Below, in pieces: positions 34,289-45,685 of a DNA stretch of 64,000 nt. The DNA is taken from NCBI RefSeq assembly GCF_032191835.1, contig NC_083241.1:1178001-1242000 (forward strand), written 5' to 3'. Made by a program: the position numbers and the translations under genes. Numbering within the stretch: position 1 is the first letter of the stretch; each line of letters starts with the position of its first letter. The DNA comes from Heteronotia binoei. Taxonomy: Eukaryota. Below the pieces are notes generated by a model. That model searched no databases. It was not told the DNA's origin and saw only the letters and a program-made list of their open reading frames with translations.

Positions 34289-36767
34289 GTGACTCCTTCC
34301 GACCTTCGTGCCCTCCCGCCTTTCTGTGCAGCTGCCCACTTGCCCCGGGCATGGATGGCGGCAAACAGCAGGGCATTATCCCAGGCTGTCTTGCGGAACC
34401 ATATTCATCATTGCCTTGCCTGGGTTGTCACCAGAGTGGTTCTTTCATGCTGCTCCATAACCAGGGGCATGTTTGGGCATCCCATTTCCCTGCGCTCCAG
34501 CAACAAGGGGCATCTCAGTGCCCTCCTTGCATTTGCCCTCCTCCCGACCACATCTCCTCCCATTGGCGCGCAGAGTGGGTTCGCTCCACAGCGCAAGATA
34601 GTCCCCTCTGCAGAGAAGGCAGCACAAAATGCCTGCCCACGGCTGTGGAGATTTCTCAGTGTGCTCCTTCCCTCTGCTAGCCTGCATGGCCTGCTAAGCA
34701 TTCTTCTAGTGCTCCAGGAAGGATTTTCGATCCGTTGATTATATGCTGTGAATGCCTTACCATTGCATCTTTTTTTCCAGTGGACAGGCTTGTGTTGAAT
34801 GTGGTGGCGGTGAGCTACATAAAAATGTTGAGTGTGGGAGACCTTTGCTTGTTGCCTTTGAAACTTCTCCTTAGCATGGCCTGGCTTGGGGAGTCACAAG
34901 CTAGAAGGGGCCAGGAGGGCAGGGCGTGCAGGTGCTGATACCAGCAAGAGCCAAATACACCAAGGCTCCCTTGGATTTCCAGCAACTTGGCATCGCTAGC
35001 AATATGTTCCCTGGCAGCCAGGGGGGAATTTCTACACTTGGATGTCCTGACAAGCTATTTAGAACAAGCCACGGCTCACAAGCCCGCTTTGGCTTAGAAT
35101 CCAGGTTTATAGCTGGACTAGAGTTAGTTGGGGGCCAGCGTTTGCGTGTCCTGACAAACTGGATTGCAAAGCAGAGATGTCTGAAAGCTGTCTGTGTGCT
35201 CCGCTTCCTGAGCCTGTTGTTGGTGTAAGTGTGACATCTGGTGGAGAAAGAGGCAGCTGCTCTCGGTTCATGCACATTTTAATGCTGCTGTCAGGCTGGC
35301 AATAGAACCACTGAGTAGACCCAGCTGGCAGCTCTGGTGGGGTGAGTGTGATGCCCTTATGGTCCTGCATGCCCAGCCAAGAGAGAGTTGCCTCTTCCTA
35401 GGGACTGAGGCCTCCAATCTGTGTAAGAACCCTTTGGGGAACGTGGGACATAGAATGGGAAGGGATCACTTACTGGGAACTTCTCTGCACTGACCTTGGC
35501 ATCATCTCGGCGACAGCATCCAAATCAGCACTGTGCATCATTCCAAATTCTCTCAGCTTTCTGAATTGCCTGTTAGCCACTGTGGTGAGGTGGCATCAGA
35601 GACACATCTGAATGGCAACTGGGTTTCACTGTAGTGCTTCACTTCTGCAGGGCAGGGGGGAGTTAGCTTCCCAGATACATTAAGATGGGGCAACTTCTAG
35701 GACACCCCCAGCCTGTGAGCTTTCAGTCTCTGATGTGGATATGCCCTGGCATTTGTGTGTCCTCCTTGTCAAGCATGTGGTTTATACTCAGTATTAAATG
35801 TTAAGTCCGATTCTGCTAGTAGAATACTTCCCATATAATTGCATATCAAAGCTAAGGGACCCTCCCTGCTTCTCACCTCTCTTTTCTCTTTCCCACCTTT
35901 GAGTAGCAAATGTAGGAATGTCATGTTTTGATAATGAGTGCCTCCCGGAAAGGTCTCCACACTGTAACCATCAACTGTAATAAGAATGCCTGGGACTTTA
36001 ACCGCAGAGATAGTCGCATATTTGCAGTAATTCACACGTTCTTGTTATGTCTTTTAACTATCATTCCTAAATGCTTTGATGTAACCCTTAAAGCTTCATG
36101 CCTTGCTTTACTTTGTATCACTTTCAAGGTGTGACACCTTGAAGCAACAATGGATTATCAATAAACTAAGACTTTGTATTAAATAATTACTTGGTTATCT
36201 GAAACTTCCATGCTTGACACTCCTCTGTGGTTGGCAGAGAGAAGCAGGCATCAACATGGAGAAATCTGATGGTAACTATTGGCCAAGGTTATTGAAGAGT
36301 GGGCAAAGAGATGGTGCTGCAGTGGCTGCATCCAACTGGGGTGCTGGAGAAAGGGGGTTCCCACCCTCCAGTGGCTCATGTGTTCATTAAAATCTTTATT
36401 AGCCACCTTCCTTACAGAGGTCAAAGCAGCTTATGACACTGAAAACATAAAACCAAGATGCCCAAATCGCAACCCAGGGCTGCTACTGAATCAAATGCCC
36501 TCATGGATAAAAGTGTCTCCAAGCTGTGTGCTCAAGCTTGAAAGTGGGGTGCCAGGCACACCTCCCTGAGGAGATCACTCCACAATTGTGGGGTTGCCAC
36601 TGAAAAGACTCTCTCACAGAACCATTGTGGCATGGCAACTATGGGGTGAGGGGGACAACTGCCTTCTGGATTGAAGAATATCACACACACACACACACAC
36701 CTCGAGCCTTTCCTACAGAATTGTTATACCCTAACTGCCCACAATCAAATAAAAGGGGAGGGAGACA

Positions 36768-37113
36768 CATAAGAGAAGCCATGTTAGATCAGGCCAATGG
36801 CCCATCCAGTCCAACATTCTGTGTCACACAGCGGCCAAATACATACATACATATATATATATGGCTAATAGCCACTGATGGACCTCTGCTCCATATTTTT
36901 ATCTAAACCCCTCTTGAAGGTGGCCATGCTTGTGGCCGCCACCACCTCCTGTGGCAGTGAATTCCACATGTTAATCACCCTTTGGGTGAAGAAGTACTTC
37001 CTTTTATCCGTTTTAACCTGTCTGCTCAGCAATTTCATCGAATGCCCACGAGTTCTTGTATTGTGAGAAAGGGAGAAAAGTACTTCTTTCTCTACTTTCT
37101 CCATCCCATGCAT
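36768..37113 (-). mobile_element. CR1 LINE 3' fragment, non-arrayed
   Basis: MHGMEKVEKEVLFSLSHNTRTRGHSMKLL...FKRGLDKNMEQRSISGY plus cataagagaagcc terminus. Confidence 0.9.
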
Positions 37114-38667
37114 TATCTAAGCTTTGCATTTAAGACTGGCAGCGTGTCAGCGATGTGCTCCCCAAAGGTCTCTTACTTGGAAACCTGCTGGGCTGGGGCG
37201 TGAGGTGAATTGAGATCATTTCTCTTTGGGATGTTTTGACTCCGCAAGGCGCAGATGGAGATAAAAATAAATTATATGTGTGGCTGACTTCTATATGTAT
37301 ACTTATGCACACTTATATATCAAGGGGGGGGGGCTGTGTTGGCCTGAAGTGGGAGTCCATTTTAACGCTTCAGTGTGCTGCCTGCTGTTAAGAGTGGCTC
37401 TCAGCACTCTGAGGTGACCTGAGGTGGGTGTGGTGTGGTGTTGCTTTCACTTTTCTCTGCCAGGTGGGTTTCCCCCCCACAGCAGGGTCCCTTTCTTTCC
37501 CCTCACAACAGAGCCCCTTTCTCAGAAATGAAAAGAGGGGCCGGACACAAGGCTTGTTTGTCCCACAAAAACTAAGCTTCCTTCTCTCAGTCGACGACCC
37601 GCCCATAAAACCAACCCCAGACTGACGGGAGAAAATGGTACTCCCGCCTTTTAAAGTGAGGGTGGCTCAGCCCCGCCCATCCAGGGGAGTTCCCTGGGCT
37701 CTGATTGGCTAGCAGCCGCTCGGATTTGCATAAAGCCTAACTGGTAAGGCTTGGCTCAGAGTCCAGGGGAAAGGCGGGACTTTGGGGGGTGATTGGCAAC
37801 CTGCCCAAGGGCTTCTTGGCTTTATGGGACAATCAGGGGGCTCCAGTCCCCGCATCTTAATTCCCGGCCGTCCGCAGCCTCGTTTTCACGTGCATTTCTG
37901 GGTTCTTCCCCATTGCCCTCCACCAACCCATGCATGGCCCCTTAGTGTCCGGCACTTCTCTCTACCCACCCAGAGACACCCCCGCCCTTTCCTTGCTTGC
38001 ACCCGGTCGAGCTGCTCTCTGACCCGTGCGTGCCAGGGCTGCCCGGCACCTCGGCTGCAGCGGAGCCCCCTGCGTGGCGTGGCCTGGCCCTGGGTGTGTG
38101 TGGGCGACCTGGCAGCGTCTTCTGCGAGCCATGCCCCGCGGCAGGGTGCAGAACGCGAGCCCGCCAGCCGTGCACGCAAGTGGCGGCCAATGATGCGGCG
38201 CGACGAGGTCCAGGCCGCGGCGGAGGCAGCTCTGCAAGGGGGGCGTCGCGTGCCCCGCATCCCCGGAGGGGGCCGGAAGAGATCTGGGGCGCAGGTTCTT
38301 GCATTGCGGCGACAATTCACCCACTCACTCACACACACACCTCGGTGCGAAGAAGCGCCCTGCCACCCCGGGGACGGCTGCAAATCGGCTCCACGCCTGG
38401 CCTGCAAAGAGAGGCGCGCGGCTGCAGCAGTTCCCCCCTCCTTTCGGGAGCGGCGGGGCTCCCGTGCACAAGGACGGCAAAGACGCGGAGCAGCCGGGGT
38501 CAGGGAGGAGAGCGCCCAGGACTACATCCCCCAGCATGCCCTGAGACGCCGGGGGGCGTGGTGGCGCATGCGCGGGCCGCCGCCCCCTTTGCCATAATGC
38601 GGCGACGGCGGCGGCGCAGCTGAGCGGCTCCCGCGGGGAGGGGAGGGGAGGCGGCCGTCGCTTATAA

Positions 38668-38707
38668 ATGGCGCCCAAGCAGGACCCGAAGCCCAAATTC
38701 CAGGAGG
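38668..38707 (+). CDS. MORF4L1: MORF4L1 exon 1 (MAPKQDPKPKFQE)
   Basis: ATG at 38668, donor GTGAGC. Confidence 0.97.
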
Positions 38708-38927
38708 GTGAGCCGGGCGAGCGGGAGGGAGGGGAGCGGGGAGGCCGCCCGGGAAAGACCCCCCCCACCCTCCGAGGCCTAGCCGCGCATGCGCGCAGCC
38801 CGCCTTTCCCCCAAAGAGGCGGCCGCGGGGCCCCCTCGGAAAGGGCGGCTGGGAGGGAGGGAGGGAGGCTGGAGGCTGCCCGCTGAAGGGCCTCTCTCTC
38901 TCTCTCTGTCTCTGTCTCCCACCGCAG

Positions 38928-38974
38928 GCGAGCGGGTGCTGTGCTTCCATGGGCCGCTCCTCTACGAGGCCAAG
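38928..38974 (+). CDS. MORF4L1: MORF4L1 exon 2 (GERVLCFHGPLLYEAK)
   Basis: (CT)n tract plus cgcag acceptor, GTAGGT donor. Confidence 0.97.
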
Positions 38975-39029
38975 GTAGGTGCCCGCCCAGGGCGAGGGGC
39001 CCCCCCTGCTGAGCTCTCCCGGTTGGGGT

Positions 39030-41600
39030 CCCCCCCCCTCCTCCACTCGCCCCTGCTGGAGTGGCCTTGGGTCAGCCAGAGCTCTGGCAGGAGTTGTCCT
39101 TGAAAGGGCAGCTGCTGGGAGAGCTCTCTCAGCCCCACCCACCTCGCAGGGTGTCTGTTGTGGGGGAGGAAGGGAAAGGAGATGGTGAGCCGCTCTGAGA
39201 TTCAGAGTGACGTGTGGGGTATACATCCAACTGCTCCTCCTCCTCCTCCTCCGCCAGTTCGGTGCAGGGGTTAAGTGCGCAGACTCTTATCTGGGAGAAC
39301 TGGGTTTGATTCCCCCCTCCTCCACTTACAGCTGCTGGAGTGGCCTTGGGTTAGCCAGAGCTCTCTTATCTGGGAGAACCAGGTTAGATTCCCCACTCCT
39401 CCACTTGCACCTGCTGGAATGGCCTTGGGTCAGCCAGAGCTCTCTTATCTGGGAGAACCGGGTTTGATTCCCCACTCCTCCGCTTGCAGCTGCTGGAATG
39501 GCCTTGGGTCAGCCACAGCTCTCTTATCTGGAAGAACCGGGCTTGATTCCCCACTCCTCCACTTGCACCTGCTGGAATGGCCTTGGGTCAGCCATAGCTC
39601 TCTTATCTGGGAGAACCGGGTTTGATTCCCCACTCCTCCACTTGCACCTGCTGGAATGGCCTTGGGTCAGCCATAGCTCTCTTATCTGGGAGAACCGGGT
39701 TTGATTCCCCACTCCTCCACTTGCAGCTGCTGGAATGGCCTTGGGTCAGCCAGAGCTCTCTTATCTGGGAGAACCGGGTTTGATTCCCCACTCCTCCACT
39801 TGCAGCTGCTGGAGTGGCCTTGGGTTAGCCAGAGCTCTCTTATCTGGGAGAACCAGGTTAGATTCCCCACTCCTCCACTTGCACCTGCTGGAATGGCCTT
39901 GGGTCAGCCATAGCTCTCTTATCTGGGAGAACCGGGTTTGATTCCCCACTCCTCCACTTGCAGCTGCTGGAATGGCCTTGGGTCAGCCAGAGCTCTCTTA
40001 TCTGGGAGAACCGGGTTTGATTCCCCACTCCTCCACTTGCAGCTGCTGGAGTGGCCTTGGGTTAGCCAGAGCTCTCTTATCTGGGAGAACCAGGTTAGAT
40101 TCCCCACTCCTCCACTTGCACCTGCTGGAATGGCCTTGGGTCAGCCATAGCTCTCTTATCTGGGAGAACCGGGTTTGATTCCCCACTCCTCCACTTGCAC
40201 CTGCTGGAATGGCCTTGGGTCAGCCATAGCTCTCTTATCTGGGAGAACCGGGTTTGATTCCCCACTCCTCCACTTGCAGCTGCTGGAATGGCCTTGGGTC
40301 AGCCAGAGCTCTCTTATCTGGGAGAACCGGGTTGGATTCCCCACTCCTCCACTTGCACCTGCTGGAGTGGCCTTGGGTTAGCCAGAGCTCTCTTATCTGG
40401 GAGAACCGGGTTTGATTCCCCACTCCTCCACTTGCACCTGCTGGAAGGGCCTTGGATCAGCCCTAGCTCTCTCAGGAGTTGTCCTTGAAAGGGCAGCTGA
40501 TGTCAGAGCTCTCTCAGCCCCACCCACCTCAAAGGGTGTTTGTTGTGGGAGAGGAAGGTAAAGGAGATCGTGAGCCCCTCTGAGACTCTTGAGATTTGGA
40601 ATGGAGAGCTACTTTGATGTAGTGGTTAAGTGCGCGGACTCTTATCTTGGAGAACTGGTTTGATTCCCCACTCCTCCACTTGCACCTGCTGGCATGGCCT
40701 TGGGTCAGCCAGAGCTCTCACACAGCTGCCTTTCAAAGGGCAGCTTCTGGGAGCGCTCTCTCAGCTCCACCCACCTCATTGGATGTCTGTCGCGGGGTAG
40801 GGGGAAAAATAAAAGAGATGGTGACTGCTCTGAGATTCAGAGTGAAGTGTGGGGTATAAATCCAACTGCTCCTCCTCCTTCGCCAGGTTGGTGTAGTGGT
40901 TAAGTGTGCGGACTCTTATCTGGAAGAACTGGATTTGATTCCCCACTCCTCCACTTGCACCTGCTGGAAGGGCCTTGGGTCAGCCAGAGCTCTGGCAGAG
41001 TTGTCCTTGAAAGGGTGGTTTCTGGCTGAGCTCTCTCAGTCCCACCCACCTCACAGCGTGTCTGTTGTGGGGGGAGAAGATTTAGGTGATTGTAAGCTGC
41101 TCTGAGTCTCTGATTCAGGGAGAAGGGCAGGGTATAAATCTGCAATTCTTGTCTTGCAGAGTTGTCCTTGAAAGGGCAGCTGCTGAAAGAGCTCTCTCAG
41201 CCTCACCCACCTCACAGGGTGTCTGTTGATGTTCGGGGAAGGTAAAGAAGATGGTCACCACTCTGAGACTCTGAGATTCAGAGCATGGGGGGATATAAAT
41301 CCAATATCTTATTATTGAGAGAGCCAGTTTGATGTAGTGGTTAAGTGCGCAGACTCTTATCTGGGAGAACCGGGTTTGATTCCCCACTCCTCCACTTGCA
41401 GCTGCTGGAATGGCTTTGGGTTAGCCATAGCTCTCACAGAGATGTCCTTGAAAGGGCAGCTTCTGCGAGAGCTCTGTCAGCCCCACCCACCTCACAGGGT
41501 GTCTGTTGTGGGGGAAGGAAAGTAAAGGAGAATGTGACCGCTCTGAGTCTCTGATTCAGAGAGAAGGGTAGGGTATAAATTTGCATTCTTCTTCTTCTTC
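39030..41600 (+). mobile_element. Head-to-tail train of about 6 Squam3-like SINE copies filling MORF4L1 intron 2
   Basis: Copies at about 39030-39250, 39252-40590, 40605-40880, 40882-41155, 41157-41310 and 41318-41600, all in the + orientation. Confidence 0.88.
39284..40468 (+). repeat. 79-bp minisatellite x15 derived from the SINE head module, with a 237-bp higher-order repeat
   Basis: ctcttatctgg at 39284 + 79n (n = 0-14), no indels seen. Confidence 0.93.
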
Positions 41601-41626
41601 TTCCTCCTTTCCTCCCTCCCTCCTAG

Positions 41627-41694
41627 TGCGTGAAGGTGGCCATCAAGGACAAGCAGGTGAAATACTTCATCCACTACAGCGGCTGGAATAAGAA
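41627..41694 (+). CDS. MORF4L1: MORF4L1 exon 3 (CVKVAIKDKQVKYFIHYSGWNK)
   Basis: cctag acceptor, GTGAGT donor, 68 nt. Confidence 0.97.
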
Positions 41695-42754
41695 GTGAGT
41701 GTTTGGTCCCGCCTCCCGTGGCTCATCCAGGCCGTGTCATTCCCCTGCTGCCTGCCCAGGCCTGTAGCTATGGGGGGGAAGGGGGCTTGTGGGAGCCTTG
41801 CCCCTTGACTTCCTGTTGAGTGTCCCAACCGAGATGTTCCTGACCTTCCCTCCTCCTCCCTCCTCCTGCCGCTGCCACAGGGGTGAAAGCTGGGGGCTGC
41901 CCTCTCCCTCCCCTCGTGGTTTAAATTGCATGGGAGGGAGTACCTTGAAGCAGCCTCTGCTGAGGGAGCAGCCTCCTTTAAATGGGATGGGAGGGGCGGC
42001 AGCTGCAATTTAAACCACGGGCTGGGAAGGGGCGGCCCCCAGTTCTCAGCTTTCACCCCTGTGGCCCCTCATGTGGCGGTGGCAGTGGGAAGAAAGGCCG
42101 GGTGCCCTGAGTCGCAGCGGCGACATCCATGACAGGGGAGCCGTTAAGACCCCCCCTGACTTTTGTATGCCTCCCAACTTTTAAATCCTGGCTGTGGGCC
42201 TGTGCCTGCCTGCCTGCCCTCTTCCCTTTCCCATAGCGGAGGGGGCACTGTCTTCCTCAGCTGGCGCTGCTTGCTCCTTCTGCAAGGTGAAGGGAGCCCT
42301 TCCAGGACTGGGAGCAGGCCCCGACCGGACTGTGGCGGGAGCATCCCTCACTCTCTGCCTAGCGTATCAAGGTTAAGTCCTCCTTCCGCTCTGATTGCAA
42401 CATAGCCACCATAACCAACTGTTATCGGCATAGATTGCCACATAAAAGGGCAACAGAATGGGGAAAGACCTCTTTCTGAGGCGTTGAAGAGCAGTGGATC
42501 GCTGACGAGCTTTGTCGGTGCTAGAAGTTCACTGCTACGGTGGGTTCATCAGCTCAAACTCTTTGGGTGAAACGTGTGGGCTGTTGAAACTTGCAAATTA
42601 CACAGGCTTTGAGTTCTAAACTCTCAGCTGGAAGGAAGACTGTTCCTGTCAGTAGGTGAATTGCATGCGGTCGAAGCAAAGTTGGCTTTGTGGAAGTCAT
42701 CAGTTTGCCAACTGGGCATAAGCTCTGAAAACTGTGTTCCTTTTACTTTTTCAG

Positions 42755-42841
42755 CTGGGATGAATGGGTTCCAGAGAGCAGAGTGCTCAAATACGTCGAC
42801 ACCAATCTGCAGAAGCAGAAAGAACTTCAAAAGGCCAATCA
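42755..42841 (+). CDS. MORF4L1: MORF4L1 exon 4 (WDEWVPESRVLKYVDTNLQKQKELQKAN)
   Basis: tttttcag acceptor, GTAAGC donor, 87 nt. Confidence 0.97.
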
Positions 42842-44652
42842 GTAAGCATTATCTATTAGTTGCGAGAAACATGTGCATGGTGTTTAGTAGTTGTGGGTCT
42901 TGCTGTGTTTTTTATTTAAGAGAATGATGCAGGAGGTGGCAGGAAAATTTTGCTCCACCTTGAAACCTGCTATCTCTGAATTCTTGCAGGCCTCTCAGGT
43001 GCAAGATGCCCACCTTTACACCAGGAAGTGTGTAACTTGCTGGTCTCCAGGAGAACTGGTAGAGCATGTCCTGCATGCCTGACATACTTTCAGAGGTGTC
43101 TGAGGCAAGGAGAACTGGGAAAAGACACTCTTGTCCCCTGTGCACACTGTGTTCTCCACGGGCCAGTTTTAGATCCACATTAAAAGGCTCTGGATCTTCA
43201 CAGTCATGAAGAAGAAAAAAGATCTGTTGTGCTACTAAGGTCTGACGCTTCAAGCCTATGAGTAGCTTAATGCACACATGCCTAGTGAGCAAAAGACAAA
43301 ATTCCATGCCTCGTGTCCTTTGTGGCTCTTTCCTTAGTACAGCACACTTTTTACTCCATTCTTCATTCACATCACAGTCCATATTTGGCTTCAGTCTAGT
43401 GTATAGTATCTACACTCTTCTTTGAGATTTCTGCCAAGGCTTCACTTGGTGAAGGAGTGATGAACTGTCATTCTGTATATTTCTCAGTAGGAGGGAAAAA
43501 ACGGTGATTACAGCAACTTCCTTTTTGACTGCTTGGTGCAGTTTTTCAACCAATAGGTAATAATAGGGAAGAATTATTATAAAAACCAGCCAGGTGGGAT
43601 ACTAGAGGCCTACTGTACAGTGTTTCTGTGTCAGTCCTGCAGAATTTTGAAGACGCATACTGTGACATGATTTTTTGTAAGCCGCAGTCTGCTTTGTTAG
43701 GTGCAAATGGACTCTGTGCCATGAGGGGTTTTTTTATCATTTTGGCTGAGCCAGCGTACAGACAGAATATAGCTTTATGGAAAACTTCTGATATACATTA
43801 TAACAGTGTTTTAGTAGGTTATTGTACAGTATTAAGAGGCTGGATTTTGCTTTGAAACATGGAACTTTCACGATTAAAAAAAAAATTTACTTTTTCTTGC
43901 AAGGCGACGTGAACAGTTAAGTATATTGTTCAGTGTCTTATGTACCTGTGGCTTCTATTGGTCTTTCAGTCCTCTTTCTTTGCAAGTTGTGGGATAGGAG
44001 GATAACATTTAGGTCTCTGAGCCAGTGACCAGGTGATTGCTCCTCTTATATGCTTTCATTTGGGTTTCAGAAAAGCAAAGCTCACTGGTTGTTTCAAATA
44101 AAGATGTTTCATGACCAATTCAAGGATGTGTGTTCCCTCCCCCTTGTCTGTTGTGACATCCAGGAAGGAAACAAATTAAATTAGCAGGGGGGGGCACACT
44201 CTGACACCATGGATGCTTGGGTTTAGGTGAAGTCTTTGATCTCTGCAGGCCACACAAGGGGCAATAAGGAGGTATGCGCAAGCTTAATGAATAACTAGGT
44301 TTATGCTGACCACAGATGAGTGAGATTTGCATTGAACTTATGAGTGACAACTTGTATATGGGAAGACTGCTATAAGGTTAGTGGGTGGAAGATGAAGGAG
44401 GGGGGCAGAAGAAGACAACTGGCGGAGACACAGTGACATTGCAGCAAGTATCTGTCAGTGTGGGGTAAGACTCAAGTAACAAAACAAAGAAGTAGGTGAT
44501 GTTTGCCTAGCAGTTATGCACATCTAGTTCATCAGGTGGCAAGTCATGAGAAGTTAAGCTTATGATAGTTCATTAGAACGCTTTTTAGCCCCTTTCCAGG
44601 GTAGAAAGGTGTGAAAACGCCTCTAATCTATTTGCTGAACTTGTTTTTCAAG

Positions 44653-44733
44653 GGAACAGTATGCAGAAGGAAAGATGAGAGGGGCTGCTCCAGGCAAGAA
44701 AGCGTCTGGTCTCCAGCAGAAAAATGTTGAAGT
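44653..44733 (+). CDS. MORF4L1: MORF4L1 exon 5 (EQYAEGKMRGAAPGKKASGLQQKNVE)
   Basis: tttttcaag acceptor, GTAAGA donor, 81 nt. Confidence 0.96.
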
Positions 44734-45685
44734 GTAAGAAACTGTCTGTGTCTCTCTTTTTCACTGTTTTTTCTTCCAAGGACAAAACGTTCTAAAAATC
44801 CTGGTGGGCCTATTTGCAAATCTCCAAATTATGCATAATGGGGGACATTACTAGGTTTGGAAAATGTAGCTGATCTTTAGTTACTTCATTGATTAGTGCA
44901 TCTGGTTTAATCTGTAAAGAACTGGATAAAGGCCGAGTCAACAGCTGCTTTGCAAGACAGACCCGTGAGCCACAGAGACCTCACATTTAGGTTCCAGTGG
45001 GAAGGGCTCCCAATTCCATGTCTGGATCAAGGGTTTAAATCCCTTCTACTTGAGTAGGACTTCAGCAGTTAAGCCTGTGCACAGCTTTGTGAGCTCTCAA
45101 GGTATAAGCAAGTGCGTGCATCTTCCCTCAGACCTGACTTGGGTTTGAAGAAGCTCCTTTCCAAATGCATGTTTTTAAGAATGCTGAATTGAAAGGTGTG
45201 CTGGCAAAACAGGTTTCCCTGAAGTCAGATGCCTCCTGGTAATAAATCCTCTAGAGACTTCCAGAGTACAGCATGGTTCTTGAGTGTTCTTTTACTTGCT
45301 AAAAAGCCCCACTGAGTAAACAAGTGTCAAGAGCTGCATCATTCCAATGGTATGACTTCAAAGCGAGCTAGTTGGCTCTCGGGAATTTTAGTGTCTTATT
45401 GATTGGGGGGTGGGTGGGTTGGGCCGCTGGACTTCCATGGCCTTACTTTGGTTTCTGCTTCTGTGGAGGAATAGATGGAATATGCCAACTCTTGAGTCTA
45501 GCTGGTCTTTTTACTACAAGGTGAAAGGGAAGGGGGAAATAGAAATAACACGTTCCAAGCCAAACCGTCCTGCTTCCCAGGGTATGTTGAACAGGGCTGT
45601 AACTTTTAAGCTTAACTGCATTCTCTTAAAGGCTCCGCACGTCAGGTCTGACACTCTCCTTAACTCAACCCCCCATTGTACCTAG

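Larger units (their letters stand above)
37900..38980 (+). promoter_or_regulatory. MORF4L1 CpG island promoter with housekeeping-type motifs
   Basis: GC/CpG-rich. ACTACAtcCCCAGCATGC (ZNF143/THAP11-type) at 38521-38538, GCGCATGCGC (NRF1-type) at 38564-38573 and 38785-38794, AAATGGCG (YY1-type) over the start codon at 38666-38673. Confidence 0.75.

Noticed and set aside
39207-40488. Many near-identical 62-70 aa ORFs (MGNQTRFSQ..., MALGQP...), also MGLWLSGRAS... at 9.7-10.6 kb and MPCCWPSRG... at 30.2-31.3 kb
   Set aside because: Translation by-products of the tandem arrays on both strands, with no splice or coding signature.
42400-42570. Possible counterpart of the mammalian long-isoform (chromodomain insert) exon in MORF4L1 intron 3; frame reads RPLSEALKS..., donor-like CG|GTGGGT at 42539
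   Set aside because: In-phase acceptors (42467, 42491, 42494) lack a pyrimidine tract, and the similarity is too weak to support without alignment.
43457-43560. GTGATGA box C-like motif, possible intronic C/D snoRNA
   Set aside because: No CTGA box D or terminal stem at a suitable distance.
43904-44032. Strong-looking acceptor (ttttttcttgcaag|G) in MORF4L1 intron 4
   Set aside because: Only weak donors follow (17-nt or 129-nt products), giving a frameshift or stop, with no other support.
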